DNA from: Acidobacteriota bacterium
Lineage (GTDB): Bacteria; Acidobacteriota; UBA890; WLXD01
Reading direction: 5' to 3'
DNA length: 64,000 bases
NCBI GenBank assembly: GCA_965205505.1
Contig: CBDBHB010000007.1
Coordinates: 653,137-717,136, forward strand
Position 1 is the stretch's first letter. Every line of letters begins with the position of its first letter. The notes under the pieces are model-generated. The model made no database searches and had not been told where the DNA came from. It worked only from the letters and a program-made list of their open reading frames with translations. Of the stretch, positions 58,648 to 64,000 are shown piece after piece. The translations under genes were made by a program, and so were the position numbers.

Positions 58648-58792
58648 AGCTCTCATCGGTACTCGCGATTCGCCTATCAAGCTTGTGGTTGTAGAAATCG
58701 AAGTTGTCCAGGATCTGTCGCAACCCGAGGAACCCGTTGACCTAGGCAGTGTCGTCGTGGTCGAAGCTGATGAAGATGCGTCGTTTGGCCAC
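58608..58792 (-). pseudogene. Thoeris ThsB-like TIR-domain gene, 5' remnant with in-frame TAG
   Basis: GAGGT RBS, GTG: AKRRIFISFDHDDTA*VNGFLGL..NFDFYNHKLDRRIASTDESYVRRVIREEYIKP; stop at 58742-58744. Confidence 0.7.
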
Positions 58793-59336
58793 GGCCACCT
58801 CAGCGCTGGTGTCATTGTGTAGCGTACCGCCACGGACGAGGTTCTGATATGGCACCGTGCACAGGCCGGCGCATCGTCTCGATCGACGACCGCCTGGCCA
58901 TACAATCCGGAAATGGGTCGGACATGCGCGGAACCGCAACACGCCGTATGGGGATGTAGCTTCGCCGTCAGTCGTGTCGATGTGGCTACATAGCGGCTAC
59001 ACGCTGGGTCCTGTCACCGAGAAATCGGTTGAACTGGCCAACGAGTAACCACGGGCCCATCCGAAAACTGTCCCCGGACACGACCGCGAGACGAGAGCCG
59101 CTACAAGTTCGGAGGCCGAGTCGCCCAAGCTGCACCGCGTAGAGCAAAGGTCGTGCCGACCGGCTCCAACGCGCCGCAGGCAAGCTCGAGCGCAGCAATC
59201 GCGGAGCTCGAACGCAACAGAACCGAACTCGACGAGTCGCCGGCGCTGGAGGATGATGGGGCGCACCCCCTCCCGAGCGGCGTTACGCAGATCTGATGAA
59301 ACAGCTACCCTGCGACGCCAAGGTCTTGGACACGAC

Positions 59337-60227
59337 ATGAACCACAGCGAGATCACGAGCTTCATCTGGGGGGTGGCGGACCTGATCCGCGACACCTTCA
59401 AGCGAGGCAAGTACCAGGACGTGATCCTGCCGCTCACCGTGCTGCGGCGCCTCGACTGCGTGCTGGCCCCCACCAAGGGGCAGGTGCTGGCGGTCCAGGC
59501 CAAGTACCGGGGCAGGATCGAGAACCTCGAGCCGCAGCTTCGGCGCGCCTCCGGCTTCGCGTTCTACAACACCTCCCGCTACGACTTCGACAAGCTGCTC
59601 GCGGACGCGCCCCACATCGCTCAGAACCTGCGTAACTGGATCGCAGGGTTCAGCTCCAACATGCGTGAGGTGCTGGAGAAGTTCGACTTCGACAACACCA
59701 TCGCCAAGCTCGACGAGGCGGGACTCCTGTTCCAGGTCGTGCAGCGGTTCGGCGATCCGAAGGTGAATCTGCACCCGGATACGATCGACAACTTCACGAT
59801 GGGCACGGTCTTCGAGGAGCTCATCCGGAAGTTCAACGAGGCGCTGAACGAAAACCCGGGTGAGCACTTCACTCCCCGCGACGTTGTCCATCTCATGGTG
59901 GACCTGTTGCTGGCTGGCGACGAGCAACGGCTGCGCACCAAGGGGGTCGTGCTGAGCGTCTACGATCCGTGCTGCGGCTCGGGCGGCATGCTGGAGGATG
60001 TTGAGTCGTTCTTCGAGCGGGAGGTGAAGCCGCACGTTCCCGACGCCTGGATCGACACGAAACGCCGGGATGTGCGGGATGGACACGTCGGGCTCGTGGG
60101 CTACGAGATCAACTTCAACCGGTACTTCTACGAGTACCGCCCACCGCGGCCGCTGGAGCAGATACAGGCCGACATCCAGCAGGTGGAAAAGGAGATCGTG
60201 GCCATGCTGCGTGAGGTGGCGGGATGA
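59337..60227 (+). pseudogene. hsdM: Type I R-M methyltransferase with large in-frame internal deletion
   Basis: FIWGVADL..VILPLTVLRRLD, GEHFTPRDVV, YDPCCGSGGML joined directly to C-terminal FFEREVKPHVPDAW..GYEINFNRYFY; no NPP(Y/F) motif. Confidence 0.88.
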
Positions 60228-60502
60228 GCATGTTCTTGGAGGGACCTGGGTCGTCGGCCAGAGACCGGTGGCGCTGCTTCCCAGCTACTACGAGGACACC
60301 AAGTCGGCGCAGCGTTGGCAGGAGCTGCAGCGCCAAGTCGGGACGGGCGTCGGCGGTTTGGCTCGGCTCGTGGACGCGGGCGAGATGCTATGGTTCTGCC
60401 AGGGCCGAGACTCCTTGATCGAGGAGAGTCTGTTCACGCAGGCCTGGCCCACTGGCAGGCCCTGGCGTCCGAGGATCCAGCCTCGGACGGGAGGTAAAGG
60501 CC

Positions 60503-60706
60503 GTGCCTGAGGTGACCGACCGGCTCGACGAGGTGCGGTCTCGGAGATTCCGCCAATACCCCACCTACAAGGACTCCGGCATCGAGTGGCTGGGCGAGGT
60601 CCCGGCGCTTTGGGACATCGCTCCGGTGTACGCGCGCTACGAAGTGGCGCTTGGCAAGATGCTCGATGCGAAGCGAGTTACTGGTGAGTCACCTGGCAGG
60701 TACCTG
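60503..60706 (+). pseudogene. hsdS: Type I R-M specificity subunit, N-terminal fragment cut by IS3
   Basis: YPTYKDSGIEWLGEVP.LW, LGKMLDAK. Confidence 0.85.
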
Positions 60707-60740
60707 TGACCTGCCCCAAGTGTTGAGGCCACTTCGTAAC

Positions 60741-61598
60741 TCATAGAATCGGTGCTGGCAAGAGGTTGTTGCAGCCGGCGGAGCGGAGCGTAGCCGGCTT
60801 TAACAACGTCGCTTTCGGTGCAGGCGGCCGATAGCCCAACGAGCTGTGTGGCCGCACCTGGTTGTATTTGCGGCGCCAGGCTTGCACCAAGCTCTGCGCC
60901 TCCTTGAGCGTGTAGAAGATCTCCCCGTTCAGCAGCTCGTCGCGTAGCTTGCCGTTGAAGCTCTCCACATAGCCGTTTTCCCACGGCGAGCCGGGCTCGA
61001 TGAACAACGTCTTCACACCGACCCGCTCGAGCCAGCCACGCACTACCCGAGAAGTGAACTCCGGTCCGTTGTCGGAGCGGATGTGGTCGGAAACACCACG
61101 GTTCACGAACAGCTCAGCGAGTCGATCCAACACGTTCTCGGAGTTGAGCCTGCGCGCCACATCGATGGCCAAGCACTCCCTGGTGTACTCATCCACGATC
61201 GTCAGCAGACGAACCGCTCGCCCGTCGTGAGTTCGTTCGTGCACGAAGTCATAGGCCCACACGTGATCTTTCCTTTCCGGCCTCAGCCGCACGCACGATC
61301 CATCGTTGAGCCACAAGCGTCCGCGCTTGGGCTGCTTTTTCGGTACCTTCAGTCCTTCACGACGCCATAACCGTTCGATCCTCTTGTGGTTCACCCGCCA
61401 CCCTTCGCGTTCCATCAGAGCCGTGATCCGACGGTACCCGTAGCGTCCGTACTGCGTCGCCAGTTCGGTCATTCGCTTCACCAGCGGTGTTTCGTCTCCA
61501 GGCGCCTTGGGCCGATATTGCTGCGTCGAGCGCACCTGGCCCAGCACTCGGCAGGCTCGCCTCTCCGACACCCCCTGCGACTGCTGTGCGTGTCGCAC
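60741..61598 (-). CDS. IS3 transposase OrfB (DDE)
   Basis: YGYRRI, WAYDF, SDNGPEF, PGSPWENGYVESFNGKLRDE, RPHSSLGY. Confidence 0.92.
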   Translation of the reverse strand: MRHAQQSQGVSERRACRVLGQVRSTQQYRPKAPGDETPLVKRMTELATQYGRYGYRRITALMEREGWRVNHKRIERLWRREGLKVPKKQPKRGRLWLNDGSCVRLRPERKDHVWAYDFVHERTHDGRAVRLLTIVDEYTRECLAIDVARRLNSENVLDRLAELFVNRGVSDHIRSDNGPEFTSRVVRGWLERVGVKTLFIEPGSPWENGYVESFNGKLRDELLNGEIFYTLKEAQSLVQAWRRKYNQVRPHSSLGYRPPAPKATLLKPATLRSAGCNNLLPAPIL

Positions 61599-61621
61599 TG
61601 CCCGGCTCCGGCGCGCCGGGC

Positions 61622-61900
61622 TCAGAAGTTTCCCGACGACACCTCTTTGAGGATGGCGTTGTCGAGCATCGTTTCCGCCAGCAGCTTCTTGAGCCGCCCG
61701 TTCTCGCGCTCCAGCTCCTTGAGTCGCCGTGCCTGATCCACCCTCAGGCCGCCGTACTCCTTACGCCACCGGTACTACGTGTTCTCGCTGATGCCCAGCT
61801 TCCGGCACGCTTCCGGCGTCTTGGCTCCTTGCGCCAGCTCGATCTCTGCCTCCCTGAGCTTGGCGATGATCTGCTCTACCGTGTATCGCTTCCGGGCCAT
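61622..61900 (-). pseudogene. IS3 OrfA with in-frame TAG
   Basis: MARKRYTVEQIIAKLREAE...GISENT*YRWRKEYGG...LERENGRLKKLLAE; stop 61775-61777; ends GGGAAACTTCTGA. Confidence 0.85.
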
Positions 61901-61977
61901 TTCTCCCCCTTCCCGAGCCTTCCTGAGAGCCTCAATTCCTAACTCTCAAACTGGCCCGATTATTGGCGGGCAGGTCA

Positions 61978-62326
61978 ACACTCGGCCGAGGAGTGGGTCG
62001 TCAGAGACGTGCACACCAACAACATCGAGGGTGTGTGGTCGCTGTTCAAGCGCTCCATCGTGGGCACCTTCCACAAGATGAGCGTCAAGCACATGGACCG
62101 CTACCTCGAACAGCTGGAGTGGCGGTTCAACAACCGCGACAACCCGTACATCTTCCGCGACACCCTGACCCGCATCGTGAACACCGAGCCGCTTGAGTAC
62201 AAGGATCTGGTCGCCTAGATGGCTCGGGTTGACGCCCTCCGAGGCGTTTCGTAGTCTCGGCGCCGCACAACACCAGAAAGGAACGGCTCCCGTCTTGGAG
62301 CCGGGCTTCCCGCTGAATACAAGCCC
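61978..62326 (+). mobile_element. IS1595-family 3' remnant
   Basis: VHTNNIEGVWSLFKR..GTFHKMSVKHMDRYLEQLEWRFN, stop 62218; possible terminal repeat gctgaatacaagcc near 62312-62325. Confidence 0.8.
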
Positions 62327-62333
62327 GCGCACT

Positions 62334-62606
62334 AGTGGCCTGTAACAGATGAACGTTGCCTATCGCAGATGGGATTTGCGGGTGAGATCAAGGCGCGGCG
62401 AGGACGGCGATGCAGTGGGCATCGTCGACGAGGCGCAACGCCGATATCGCCCGCAACTGCCCATCTGTCCGCAGGATGGCGGCGGAATCGGCCCGTCTGC
62501 GGCGTTGCTTCTTCTCGAAGATGGGCAAACATCGTCTCGTCGTCGCGCCTGGCATCCGGGCCCATTTCGCCACCACGATAGGCAGCGTTCACTGTTACAG
62601 GCCACT
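62334..62606. mobile_element. MITE-like palindromic element with ~31-bp terminal inverted repeats
   Basis: agtggcctgtaacagatgaacgttgcctatcg (62334-62365) vs cgataggcagcgttcactgttacaggccact (62576-62606); left end lies within CTAG; internal diverged inverted units. Confidence 0.75.
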
Positions 62607-62866
62607 TCTATGAGAAGGCCTAGTTCGGTCAAGGGCAATGTGGTGGCCAGCGAAGAATCGATCTGCACGCCATGCTCCTATTCGCACTCTGGTGGACGAG
62701 GATTCAGGTCGTCCGGTGCATTCTGGGGTCCGTCCCGATTCGAGGCGCTGCAATCTAGCTGCCGAGCTCGAAGCTCGTAGTGACCTTCGCAGTCGCCCGG
62801 ACCGGGCGGTCAGATCGATAACCGTTGGGTCGCGTCGCCCTACCGACCTCCTGGTTGCGGGTTAGT
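62607..62866 (-). ncRNA. Candidate bridge/seek RNA in the IS110 downstream non-coding region
   Basis: Position as in IS1111-type elements; hairpins cgcccgg-a-ccgggcg, gagctcgaagctc, ggacga..tcgtcc; outward TTGACC at 62627-62632. Confidence 0.55.
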
Positions 62867-63914
62867 TCATGCTGCTGAAACCTCTACAGGTGCGCGCAAC
62901 GGTTCGTACTCGTCTCCACTCAGCCACAGTCGGTGCAGCACAACGGCGAGCTTACGGGCGACAGCAACTGCTGCCTTTTTGTTGCCATGAGGACCACCGC
63001 GTCCGGCCAGCTTGAGCCCCCAGCGTCTGAGCTCAGTATCGGGCCCGAAGGGGCCCAGGATGTAATGCGCCGAGCCCACCAACAGGCGTCGGAGCATTTT
63101 GTCGCCCGCCTTGGTTATTCGTAGCGCAGGGTCCTTGTCCCCCGACTGCCGTTTCTTCGGTCTCAGTCCCAGGTACGGGCCCACGGCTCTGGAGGTATTG
63201 AACCGCTCCGGCTCCTCGAGCGTCAGCACATACGCCAGTGCGGTCAGAGCTCCGACCCCGGCCACTTGCTGGAGCTGCTGTGTCTCCGGGTATCGCCCCT
63301 GGCACAGCTGCACGATCTGACGCTCGTATTGCTGGGATGTTGCCCGTCAGCATGGCGATCGTTTCAAGCACCGGCTCGAGCGCTCCCTTGAGCCGCTCCG
63401 GTATGTGCTCTGGCGCGGTGCGCGCGAACGCCGGCGTCGAGCACCTGGGAATACGACAACCGGCCGACTTGACCGCACCACGCACATGGCTCACCAACTG
63501 CGTGCAGCTCTTTACCAGAGCATCTCGGCTCCGAATCACGGCTAGATCCGCTCGCGCTTGTCTGCCTCGATGCTGCACCGTCTTAAGCAGCTTTGGGTCC
63601 ATTCTGCCCACTCGTGCCAGGTGCTCGGCATCCAACCGGTCGGTCTTGTCGTGCTCGCCATAGATCAGCTTCAGCCGCCTCGGGTTAGCCACCAGCACCT
63701 CATGACCCAGTTGCTTCAACTGCTCACTCATCCACGGCGAGTGCGTTCCAACCTCCAGCACTACTCGAGCGGGCTCCTCGCACCCGAACCGCCTCGCCAG
63801 CCCCTCCGGGCTCGTCCTCACCCGCCCTTCCTCCATCACCCTGCCCTTACTGTCGAGCACGCACATACGGCTGTACCGGTCGCTTACGTCCAGTCCAATC
63901 GTTACACTTGTCAT
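62867..63914 (-). pseudogene. IS110 DEDD transposase/recombinase, +1 frameshift at GGG 63334-63336 (possibly sequencing error)
   Basis: IGLDVS, LEVG, KTDRLDA; second frame GVGALTA, YLGLRP..QSG, AVARKL. Confidence 0.88.
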
Positions 63915-63915
63915 C

Positions 63916-63999
63916 GGCCAACCTCCTTGGGCTTCGAGCCCGTTACGTTTGAAGAAACGTTTGCAGAGCCGTCAGGCTACTGCGTTCAGGAGGTTGGCC
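63916..63999 (-). promoter_or_regulatory. RBS-sequestering multibranch hairpin in the transposase leader
   Basis: Perfect 12-bp IR ggccaacctcct (63916-63927)/aggaggttggcc (63988-63999) covering the AGGAGG Shine-Dalgarno. Confidence 0.7.
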
Positions 64000-64000
64000 T

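Larger units (their letters stand above)
60707..61977 (-). mobile_element. IS3-family insertion sequence (~1271 bp)
   Basis: Terminal IRs TGACCTGCCC at 60707 and GGGCAGGTCA ending 61977; orfA/orfB; no target duplication visible. Confidence 0.92.
62607..64000 (-). mobile_element. IS110-family element of IS1111 layout (left end just beyond the window)
   Basis: DEDD transposase followed by ~260-bp non-coding region; candidate sub-terminal IR ctatgagaaggcc at 62608-62620; window ends in the complementary ggcct. Confidence 0.85.

Noticed and set aside
58950-59010. Short gctaca/tgtagc repeats as integrase arm sites
   Set aside because: Too short to distinguish from chance
1-64000. CRISPR arrays, rRNA and tRNA genes
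   Set aside because: None recognised; no regularly spaced repeats. Reading by eye could miss a divergent tRNA

Overview
High-GC bacterial DNA. Several duplicated MacB/FtsX 'ADOP' permeases, a DUF1592-DUF1552-ankyrin trio and a PD40-amidohydrolase suggest Acidobacteriota (inference only). Bases 1-50380 are mostly accessory metabolism and transport: a Zn/Mn uptake unit, acyl-CoA ligase, CocE hydrolase, an ECF sigma/anti-sigma module, ComD/ComE-like TPP decarboxylase, cysE-cysK, a beta-lactamase-fold hydrolase fused to a cupin, enolase-family enzyme, Zn-ADH, PrpE, PhyH and an MFS pump. A complete quinohemoprotein amine dehydrogenase cluster qhpGADCBFE lies at 38408-47169; its gamma-subunit precursor has an extended leader region and a fifth Cys. 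From about 50380 to the end is a heavily decayed mobile/defence island: an intact tyrosine integrase, pseudogenised HNH and terminase genes, PD-(D/E)xK nuclease fragments, a Thoeris ThsB-like TIR remnant, internally deleted hsdM, truncated hsdS, IS3 and IS1595 pieces, and a ~270-bp palindromic MITE-like element. An IS110/IS1111-type element abuts the MITE inverted repeat and carries a structured downstream non-coding region (candidate bridge/seek RNA). Several single-base frameshifts could be sequencing errors. All family assignments come from motif recognition by eye; no searches were run.
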